A stretch of 33,873 bases of DNA. Origin: Thermoanaerobaculia bacterium. GTDB lineage: Bacteria; Acidobacteriota; Thermoanaerobaculia; UBA5066. Position 1 is the first letter of the stretch, and each line of letters starts with the position of its first letter. The stretch lies in contig JBBRRY010000036.1 of the NCBI GenBank assembly GCA_038245905.1, positions 1 through 33,873 on the forward strand, written 5' to 3'. The notes below the pieces were generated by a model, which saw only the letters and a program-made list of their open reading frames with translations, was not told where the DNA came from and did no database searches. Made by a program: the position numbers and the translations under genes. Below, piece after piece: positions 8,304 through 15,374 of this stretch.

Positions 8304-9584
8304 TCACCAGCACCTCAGCGTGGCGGTCGAATGCATCAGCGCAAGGTACCTGTCGAGCGAACTCCCCGGGCCCGGATTGATTCTGCCGTCGAAGTTGATG
8401 GTGAAGCTCTGGTTCACCGTTGCGAGCCCGCCCGGACCGTTCTCCTCTGCGCGAACGCGGATCTGCTGCCTCAGGTCGGCGGGGGCGATCGTGTGAAAGA
8501 GGGTCCTTCCGGCCTGCGGAAAGAAAACCTCGAAGTGCGATTCGTAGGCCTGCGGCCCCAGGGTCACACTGAAGTGCGCATTGCCGTTGGCGTAGATCGT
8601 GACGCGCGCGAGCGTCAGCTGCACGCCGTTGCACTTGGCGGGCCCAAGGTCACGCCCGAAGTAGCCGGGAACGAAGGACACGCGGAAGGGAACGGCAACA
8701 GTCTGCTGCGGGGCGGACTGTCCCCTCCGGACGAACTCGAACGCAACGGCTCCGTCGAGAGGCGTCTTGTCCGTGTGGCCGCCCGTCCCCTCGACCGGAA
8801 CGGTGAATTCCTTCGTCTCGGACGCGTCGAGGCTCACGTTGCCATACGGCTTGACCTTGAGGCCCGGGGAGGCGGAGGGCCAGACGATCCGGCCGGACAC
8901 GTCCTCGCCGGTGCCCACGAGACGGACGACGAACTTCTGGACGGTCTCAAACGGGTCCGCGACCGAGAGGATGTCCTTCTCCGGCAGGATCAGGAGCGGC
9001 GACGTGCGCATGCCGTCAAACATCCCGCGAAGCGGGACGTTGAAGGCCCATGCTCCGTGGGGCCCGGGCCCCGTCACTTTCATCGTGGCGCTCTTGGGCC
9101 CCGCGGCCATCGTGAAGAGGTCGAAGTGCGGCTGGAAGACGATGTCGACCTCGATGGCCGTGTTCGGGGCGAGGCTCCACTGGAAGGGGCCCGACTGGCC
9201 GTCGGCGTAAGTCGTCCGCGCCTTGACGGACTTCATGCCGAATTGAACGACCGTCTGGCCGCCCGTCGACCCGCCGAGCTCGCGGTACTCCGCGACCCGG
9301 AACGGCCCGCGTGGGATCTCGACCGTCACGTATCCGGACGCGATCGTCGTGAGCGAGAGCGTGCGCTTCGCGCTTTCGCCGTTCCAGACGGAGCCGAAGT
9401 CCATCTGGTCGGGCGCATGAGACGGCGTGTTCAGTACGTCCGCGACGTGTATACGCGAGGCGGCTTGAGGGAGGGGCGTCGGGGTGGCCGGGACGATAGG
9501 CCCCTTCACGGCCGCCTTGTCGGCGCCGAAAAGCACCGCCGGAAGGAGGAGGACGAGCGCGAAGAGCCGGGTGCGGGATGTCAT
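8304..9584 (-). CDS. Secreted hypothetical protein with an ASH/choice-of-anchor-D-like Ig domain
   Basis: GGAGG precedes the ATG at 9584, which I prefer over the track start 9605. Signal peptide MTSRTRLFALVLLLPAVLFG-ADK and a Pro-rich linker. PDQMDFGSVWNGESAKRTLSL...LAPNTAIEVDIVFQP resembles the ASH/Ig-like motif. 426 aa. Confidence 0.7.
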   Translation of the reverse strand: MTSRTRLFALVLLLPAVLFGADKAAVKGPIVPATPTPLPQAASRIHVADVLNTPSHAPDQMDFGSVWNGESAKRTLSLTTIASGYVTVEIPRGPFRVAEYRELGGSTGGQTVVQFGMKSVKARTTYADGQSGPFQWSLAPNTAIEVDIVFQPHFDLFTMAAGPKSATMKVTGPGPHGAWAFNVPLRGMFDGMRTSPLLILPEKDILSVADPFETVQKFVVRLVGTGEDVSGRIVWPSASPGLKVKPYGNVSLDASETKEFTVPVEGTGGHTDKTPLDGAVAFEFVRRGQSAPQQTVAVPFRVSFVPGYFGRDLGPAKCNGVQLTLARVTIYANGNAHFSVTLGPQAYESHFEVFFPQAGRTLFHTIAPADLRQQIRVRAEENGPGGLATVNQSFTINFDGRINPGPGSSLDRYLALMHSTATLRCW

Positions 9585-9589
9585 GGCGG

Positions 9590-9662
9590 CCTCCAGACTC
9601 ACCACAGCTTGTGGCGTCCGACACTCGCTTTCAAGGAACGTTCATGGTCCTTGGGCGACAGT
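9590..9662 (-). promoter_or_regulatory. Two-hairpin structured 5' leader abutting the RBS of the 426-aa secreted protein
   Basis: On the minus strand, hairpin 1 is TCGC-c-CAAGGA/TCCTTG-aaa-GCGA (9623-9662) and hairpin 2 is CGGAC-g-CCACA/TGTGG-t-ga-GTCTG (9594-9620). Hairpin 2 ends on the first G of GGAGG. Confidence 0.35.
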
Positions 9663-9709
9663 TCGCGGTCCCGGGGCGCCATGCCTCTCCAACTCGCTAG
9701 ACTCGCGAC

Positions 9710-10438
9710 GTGCCATCTCGCCTCGTCGACCTCTTTGTCTCGGTCTGGAGCTGGGCAGTCATCGCGCTCACGGCGACCGCCTACAGCCTCCTCGCGATCC
9801 TCACGTCGTGGGTTCCGCCGCGCGGCCGGTTTTACCTCTTCTGGGCCCGTCTCTGGGCCCGGTCGATCCTGTTTCTGACCGGAGTTCCGGCCACGATCGA
9901 GACCGCGCACGAGGCCGCCGCCCTCCCGCAGGCGATTTACATGTCGAACCACGAGTCGGGAATCGACATCCTCCTTCTCCTCCTCGTCATTCCCCAGGAC
10001 GTGCGCTTCCTGGCGAAGCGCTCCCTGTTTTACGTGCCGTTCATGGGTTGGTCGATGTGGCTCGCCGGATTCGTGCCCGTCGACCGGCGGCGGACGGCGA
10101 AGGCACGGGAGGTCCTTTCCGGTCTGGACCGGTGCCTCGCGAAGGGGCTCTCCATTCTGATCTTTCCCGAAGGAACCCGCTCCCGCGACGGGAGCGTCGG
10201 GCCGTTCAAGAAATCGGGCTTCCTGACCGCACTGAAGTCGGGCCTGCCAATCGTGCCCGTGGGCGTCTCCGGGGCCCGGGCCGTCCTCGGGGCTCAGGGA
10301 ATGATCGTCCGGCAGGGCCCCGTCCGCGTTCGAGCTGGACGCCCGATTCCGACCGCGGGCCTGTCCGTGCATGCGCGCCGGGATCTCATGGAAAAGGTCC
10401 GGCGCGAGATTCTCCTCCTGCGCGGAGCGGCGGGTTGA
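9710..10438 (+). CDS. plsC: 1-acyl-sn-glycerol-3-phosphate acyltransferase
   Basis: SNHESGID (NHx4D), FLAKRSLF and IFPEGTRS. N-terminal TM. TAGACT lies 6 nt upstream of the GTG. Confidence 0.9.
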   Translation: MPSRLVDLFVSVWSWAVIALTATAYSLLAILTSWVPPRGRFYLFWARLWARSILFLTGVPATIETAHEAAALPQAIYMSNHESGIDILLLLLVIPQDVRFLAKRSLFYVPFMGWSMWLAGFVPVDRRRTAKAREVLSGLDRCLAKGLSILIFPEGTRSRDGSVGPFKKSGFLTALKSGLPIVPVGVSGARAVLGAQGMIVRQGPVRVRAGRPIPTAGLSVHARRDLMEKVRREILLLRGAAG

Positions 10439-10554
10439 GCCCCGGCGTCCCGCAGGCGCGCTGGCCCATTCACCTTCTAAGAAAGGCGCCGTTACCCCTG
10501 CCGAGCCGTCCGCCGGTTTTGTGAGATCCTCTCCCGCTGAGAGGGAAGCAGAAC

Positions 10555-11613
10555 TTGTCCACGTCCACGCTCAACGAACAGTCCGTCCTCGACGCGCTCC
10601 GGCAGGTCAAGTACCCCGGCTTTTCGCGTGACATCGTCTCTTTCGGCTTCATCAAGGACCTCACGATCGGCGGCGGCAACGTCTCGTTCCGGCTCGCGCC
10701 GACGTCCGATGCCCCCGCGGCGGTCGAGGCCATCAAGCAGCAATGCGACGCGGCGCTCCGCGGCGTTCCGGGCGTCACGTCCGTCACGATCTCCGTGCAA
10801 ACGGCGCCCCCGCAGGCGCCCGTCATGTCGGGAGCCGTGGGCCGCAAGGACATTCTCAAGGACACGCGCTTCGTCGTGGCCGTGGCCTCCGGCAAGGGCG
10901 GCGTCGGCAAGTCGACGGTCTCGGCGAACCTCGCGCTCGCGCTCAAGAAGCTCGGCTACGAAGTCGGGCTCATGGACTCGGACATCTACGGCCCGTCGCA
11001 GCAGATGATGATGGGCATCACGACGAAGCCATTCGTGAACGACGAGGAGAAGATTCTCCCGATCGAGCGTTTCGGCGTGCGCGTCATGTCGATCGGTTTC
11101 CTGATGGACGTCGACACGCCCGTGATCTGGCGCGGGCCGATGATCTTCAAGGCCGTCGAGCAGTTCCTCGGCGACGTGGCCTGGGGAAAGCAGGACTTCC
11201 TTCTCGTCGACCTGCCCCCCGGCACGGGCGACGCGCAGCTCACGCTCACGCAGAAGGTCGCTCTGTCGGGCGCTGTCATCGTGACGACCCCGCAGGACGT
11301 CGCGCTCATCGACGCACGCAAGGGCCTCGCGATGTTCCAGAAGGTGAATGTGCCCGTCCTCGGGATCATCGAGAACATGAGCTACTACGAGTGTCCGAAG
11401 TGCGGGAATCGCGACGAGATCTTCAAGCACGGTGGCGGCAAGAAGACGGCCGACCTCCTCGGCGTCCCGTTCCTCGGCGAGATCCCGATCGACCCGCGCG
11501 TCGCGATCCAGGGAGACGCCGGTACGCCGATCATGGTGTCCGACCCGGACTCGACGGTCTCGAAGGCGTTCCTGCGCCTCGCCGAGCAGGTCGTGAAGGC
11601 CGTCGGGGCCTGA
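10555..11613 (+). CDS. apbC: Mrp/ApbC/NBP35 Fe-S cluster carrier ATPase with an N-terminal DUF59-like domain
   Basis: VASGKGGVGKST, DSDIYGPS, WRGPM, DLPPGTGDAQL, VTTPQDVA and ENMSYYECPKCG. TTG start. Confidence 0.95.
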   Translation: MSTSTLNEQSVLDALRQVKYPGFSRDIVSFGFIKDLTIGGGNVSFRLAPTSDAPAAVEAIKQQCDAALRGVPGVTSVTISVQTAPPQAPVMSGAVGRKDILKDTRFVVAVASGKGGVGKSTVSANLALALKKLGYEVGLMDSDIYGPSQQMMMGITTKPFVNDEEKILPIERFGVRVMSIGFLMDVDTPVIWRGPMIFKAVEQFLGDVAWGKQDFLLVDLPPGTGDAQLTLTQKVALSGAVIVTTPQDVALIDARKGLAMFQKVNVPVLGIIENMSYYECPKCGNRDEIFKHGGGKKTADLLGVPFLGEIPIDPRVAIQGDAGTPIMVSDPDSTVSKAFLRLAEQVVKAVGA

Positions 11614-11628
11614 ACGAGTCCCGGGCCC

Positions 11629-12117
11629 TTACTTCCCCTCGCCGCCCGAAAAGCCGGGAAGGCTCGCGTTCGCGCACCCCTTCACGCCCGGCGCGAGCTT
11701 CATCCACGCGGGGGGCGGACGGCCGGTGGACTGGCCCGTGAGGGCGTCAGCGTAGCAGAGAGTCTGGATGTTGCTCCCAGCGATGAGGAAGAGCGCGCAG
11801 GAGTAAGACCGGCCGTCCGCCGGCTGCGAGATCGGACGGTTCGCGTTGAATTTCACGGAAACCGTCCCGTCGAACGCGCCCCGCGCGATGGCGAACGTCG
11901 TTGAACCGGAGCCGATGATTCCCCTGCTCCCGCTCACCTGCCCTGTGGCCGCGTCGCGTGCGAGGCCCTTCACCTCACACGAGACTTTGCCCTGGGTGAA
12001 GGCCGAGTCGAGCTTCGAGAGCTGGACCGGGACGTCGAACTCGAAGTCCTCGGCCGCGACGGGTGATGCGAGGAGGGCCAGCGACGCGGCCGCAATCGAA
12101 AGAAACGGATACTTCAC
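11629..12117 (-). CDS. Secreted hypothetical protein (162 aa, 4 Cys)
   Basis: Signal peptide MKYPFLSIAAASLALLASPVAA-EDF and a beta-rich mature part. GTGA overlap with the upstream small gene; GGAGG upstream. Confidence 0.7.
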   Translation of the reverse strand: MKYPFLSIAAASLALLASPVAAEDFEFDVPVQLSKLDSAFTQGKVSCEVKGLARDAATGQVSGSRGIIGSGSTTFAIARGAFDGTVSVKFNANRPISQPADGRSYSCALFLIAGSNIQTLCYADALTGQSTGRPPPAWMKLAPGVKGCANASLPGFSGGEGK

Positions 12118-12389
12118 TTCTTGCCTCCAATAGGGGCGGCGGCCTCGCCGGTCGCGGACAGAGCGTTCGTCCTGACATGGATGGGCCTGGAGTCCGCTTC
12201 CGTCGCTCCCGTTCCGGTCGCCGACAGAGCGGCGGTCGTGAGCTTCAGCGAAAACGGCTTCTCGGTGTCGCCGGTGCCAGTCGCCGAGAGTGTCGTGGTC
12301 TTGATTCGCACCGGCGCGGCTGGCCCGGCAGGGGTCGGGGCGGCTGCCGCCAGGAGAGCGAGGGCGAGCGTCAGGATGAACGGCGCCAT
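12114..12389 (-). CDS. Small secreted protein (91 aa) with three TxxLSATG repeats
   Basis: Signal peptide MAPFILTLALALLAAAA. Repeats IKTTTLSATGTG, LTTAALSATGTG and VRTNALSATGE. Coupled to the downstream gene. Confidence 0.7.
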   Translation of the reverse strand: MAPFILTLALALLAAAAPTPAGPAAPVRIKTTTLSATGTGDTEKPFSLKLTTAALSATGTGATEADSRPIHVRTNALSATGEAAAPIGGKK

Positions 12390-12458
12390 TTTCGTACGGG
12401 AAGGATACTCTTTTCCGGCCCGTTGCTAAGATCCGGTCTCAGATTACGGAGGAACGTC

Positions 12459-13217
12459 ATGGACGCAAACAACCTTCTCGAATCCCTGTTCCGTTGGGCC
12501 CACGTCATCGCCGGCGTCCTGTGGATCGGGCTCCTCTGGTTCTTCAACTTCGTGAACTCGAACTTCGCCCCGACGATGGACGCCGAGACGAAGAAGAAGG
12601 TCGTACCCGAGCTCATGCCGCGCGCCCTCTGGGCGTTCCGCTGGGGCGCCGCATGGACGTGGATCACCGGCCTCGTGCTCCTCGGCCTCGTCTACTACAA
12701 CACGGGCCTTCTCTTCAAAGACCCGGCCATGAAGACGTGGGGCACCGGCGGCATCGCCGTCCTCGTCGCGCTCCTCTTCTTCGCGGTTTACGACCCGCTC
12801 GCCAAGGCGATCGCGAAGACCGAGATCCACTTCTGGCTCGGCCTCGCGGTCGCGACTGCGGCGGTCTTTTTCTTCTCGCGTTTCGGCGGCTTCGGCTTCC
12901 GCGGCACGGCGATCCACCTCGGCGCGATGTTCGGGACGGTCATGGCCGCGAACGTCTGGATGAGGATCTGGCCCGCGCAGAGGAAGATCATCACGGCCAC
13001 GAAGGCCGGCGAGAAGCCGGACCCGGCGGTCGCCGCGATGGCGGGCCTGCGCAGCAAGCACAACACGTATATGTCCGTGCCGCTCGTCTTCACGATGCTC
13101 GCCCAGCACGCGACGTGGGCCGCGAGCTACGAGTGGGCGCTGCCCGCTGTCGTCCTCGTGGGATTCGCGTTCACGTACTGGATGTACAAAAAGGCCGCGA
13201 CCGTCAAGGGGTTCTGA
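12459..13217 (+). CDS. puuD: PuuD/urate-oxidase-N-terminal-like multi-TM membrane protein lacking the cytochrome c domain
   Basis: GGAGG before ATG 12459. FRWAHVIAGVLWIG, FRWGAAWTWITG, GTVMAANVWMRIWPAQRK and RSKHNTY. No CxxCH. 252 aa. Confidence 0.8.
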   Translation: MDANNLLESLFRWAHVIAGVLWIGLLWFFNFVNSNFAPTMDAETKKKVVPELMPRALWAFRWGAAWTWITGLVLLGLVYYNTGLLFKDPAMKTWGTGGIAVLVALLFFAVYDPLAKAIAKTEIHFWLGLAVATAAVFFFSRFGGFGFRGTAIHLGAMFGTVMAANVWMRIWPAQRKIITATKAGEKPDPAVAAMAGLRSKHNTYMSVPLVFTMLAQHATWAASYEWALPAVVLVGFAFTYWMYKKAATVKGF

Positions 13218-13224
13218 TCCGCCC

Positions 13225-13253
13225 TGGGGGAATCCGGCCGCCGGGTTCCCCCA
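13225..13253. terminator. Hairpin between convergent genes (putative terminator)
   Basis: TGGGGGAATCCGG-CCG-CCGGGTTCCCCCA forms a 13-bp stem with one G-U pair, just after the puuD-like stop. No strong U-tract. Confidence 0.5.
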
Positions 13254-13298
13254 AACCCCCTACGCGCGAATCGCCTGCCTCCCGGGCGAGTCGGTGCC

Positions 13299-15332
13299 CT
13301 ACCAGATCGACGGCCGGTCGGCCTCCGCGCGGCGCATGGGCGTCCCCTCCGCGCAGCCGAACGCGTCGTAGAACTCCGGCAGGTTCGAGGGCGGGCCGAG
13401 GGCGCGCCACTTGCCGGGGCTGTGCGGGTTCGTATTGAGCTGCACGCGCATCGACTCGTCGCGGAACTGGCTGCGCCAGATCGTCGCGTACGAGAGGAAG
13501 AACCTCTGCTCCGGCGTGAAGCCGTCGATCTTCTCCTTCGGCTTTCCGGCGAGGGCCTTCTGCATGGCGGCGTAGGCGATCTTGATTCCGCCGAAGTCAC
13601 CGATGTTTTCGCCGAGCGTGAGCTTCCCGTTGATGGACTGGTCCGGGAGCGCCTTGTACGCGTCGAACTGCTTGACGATGAGGGCCGTTCGGGCGTCGTA
13701 GGCCTTGCGGTCGTCGGCGGTCCACCAGTTCTTCAGGTTCCCGTCGGCGTCGTACTGACTGCCCGAGTCGTCGAAGCCGTGCGACATCTCGTGCCCGATC
13801 ACGACGCCGATCCCGCCGTAGTTCACCGCGTCGTCCGCGTCCTCGAAGAAGAAGGGCGGCTGGAGGATGCCTGCGGGGAAGACGATCTCGTTCAGGCTCG
13901 CACTGTAGTAGGCGTTCACTGTAGGCGGCGTCATGCCCCATTCCGTCCGGTCGATGGGCTTTCCGAGCTTCGCAAGGTTGCGCTTCGTTTCGAAGACGCG
14001 CGCGCGGCGCACGTTCTCGGCGTACGGGACGTCGCGGGAGATCGTCAGGGCCGAATAGTCCCTCCAGACGTCCGGGTAGCCGATCTTGACGCCGAATGCG
14101 GCGAGCTTTCGTTGGGCCTGGGCCTTGGTCTCGGCGCTCATCCAGGGGAGCGCCTCGATGCGCTCCTTGAGGGCCGCGCGCATGTTTTCGACGAGGACCT
14201 TCATGCGCACTTTTGCGCGTGGGCTGAACGCTCGCGCGACGTAACTCGGGCCGACGGCCTCGCCGAGGGCGAAGTCCGTGGCCGCCTGCACGCGCCTCCA
14301 CGGCTCCTCCTGCTGAGGCGTGCCGTTGAGCGTCTTCCCGTTGAATGCGAAGTCCTCGTCCTGGAACGCTTTCGAGAGCAGAGGCGCTGCCGTTCGCGCG
14401 GTGTGCCAGCGCAGGTACGTGCGCCACTCGGCGGGCGGGGCCGAGCGTGCGAGCGCCGCGAAGCCCGTGAAGAACGCGGGCTGGCGCACATTGACCTCGG
14501 TGGAAGCGGAGGCACCCATGGCGGCGAGGAACTTCCCGAAGTCGAAACCCGGCGCCTCGGCGTTCAGGGCCGCGAGCGTCCGCTTGTTGTATGTCTTCTG
14601 CGGATCGCGGTTTTCGACGCGCGTGATGGAGGCCTTCGCCAACTTCGTCTCGATCCCCATGACGACGTCCGCTCCGGTCTTCGCGGCCTCGGGCGCGTCG
14701 CCGGCGAGCGTCAGGATCTTGGCGACATGGATGCGGTAAGCGTCGCGGAGGTCCTTCGACTTCGTGTCGTCCTTGAAGTAGTAATCGCGGTCGGGGAGAC
14801 CGAGGCCGCCCTGGTTCATGACGCCGATGTAGCGCGTCGAGTTCCGGGCGTCCTGGGCGACGCGGAACCCGAAGCCGGCGTTCACGCCGGAGAGATGCAT
14901 CTCGGCGAGAACGGCGGGGAGGTCATCGGCAGACTTCAGTTTCGCGATCGTCGCGAACGTCGGCGCGAGCGGCGCCGCTCCCGCCTTCTCGCGCGCCGCG
15001 GCGTCCATGCCGGTCGCGTAGAAGTCCGAGACCTTCTGCTGGGGCGTGCCCTTCGGCCAGTCCGCCTTCTCTGACGTCTCGTCGAGGATCTTCCTCACGA
15101 CGTCGCGGTTGCGGTCCGACAGCGCGGAGAAGCTGCCGTACTGGCTGCGGTCGGCGGGAATCGGGTGCGCGGCCAGCCACGAGCCGTTCGTGTACTGGTA
15201 GAAGTCCTCGCACGGTTTTGCCGCGGTGTCGAAGTTGGCGGAGTCGATCGCGGGAGCGCGGGCAGGCGCCTGGGCGAAGAGGGGAATTTCTGCGAGTGAA
15301 AGAGAGATGACGAGAGCCGTGCGAAAACGCAT
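13299..15332 (-). CDS. M13 family (neprilysin/PepO-like) zinc metallopeptidase, secreted
   Basis: Signal peptide, PCEDFYQYTNG, VNAYY, HEMSH, GENIGD and HSP. AAGGAG RBS and TAGACT -10 element (15352-15357). Confidence 0.95.
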   Translation of the reverse strand: MRFRTALVISLSLAEIPLFAQAPARAPAIDSANFDTAAKPCEDFYQYTNGSWLAAHPIPADRSQYGSFSALSDRNRDVVRKILDETSEKADWPKGTPQQKVSDFYATGMDAAAREKAGAAPLAPTFATIAKLKSADDLPAVLAEMHLSGVNAGFGFRVAQDARNSTRYIGVMNQGGLGLPDRDYYFKDDTKSKDLRDAYRIHVAKILTLAGDAPEAAKTGADVVMGIETKLAKASITRVENRDPQKTYNKRTLAALNAEAPGFDFGKFLAAMGASASTEVNVRQPAFFTGFAALARSAPPAEWRTYLRWHTARTAAPLLSKAFQDEDFAFNGKTLNGTPQQEEPWRRVQAATDFALGEAVGPSYVARAFSPRAKVRMKVLVENMRAALKERIEALPWMSAETKAQAQRKLAAFGVKIGYPDVWRDYSALTISRDVPYAENVRRARVFETKRNLAKLGKPIDRTEWGMTPPTVNAYYSASLNEIVFPAGILQPPFFFEDADDAVNYGGIGVVIGHEMSHGFDDSGSQYDADGNLKNWWTADDRKAYDARTALIVKQFDAYKALPDQSINGKLTLGENIGDFGGIKIAYAAMQKALAGKPKEKIDGFTPEQRFFLSYATIWRSQFRDESMRVQLNTNPHSPGKWRALGPPSNLPEFYDAFGCAEGTPMRRAEADRPSIW

Positions 15333-15374
15333 CGCGTCTCCTTTGGACCCGAGTCTACGGGATCGACCTTCCGA

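Noticed and set aside
10461-10480. Possible sigma-54 promoter (CTGGC...) upstream of apbC
   Set aside because: The -12 TTGC element is missing at the required spacing.
12063-12458. N-terminal extensions in ORF-track calls (12063 for puuD-like; likewise 3150, 20389, 20751, 21075, 22537, 28126, 29642 and 29903)
   Set aside because: The extensions overlap neighbouring genes. Downstream starts have an RBS, a -10 element or a stop-start overlap and match where family similarity begins.
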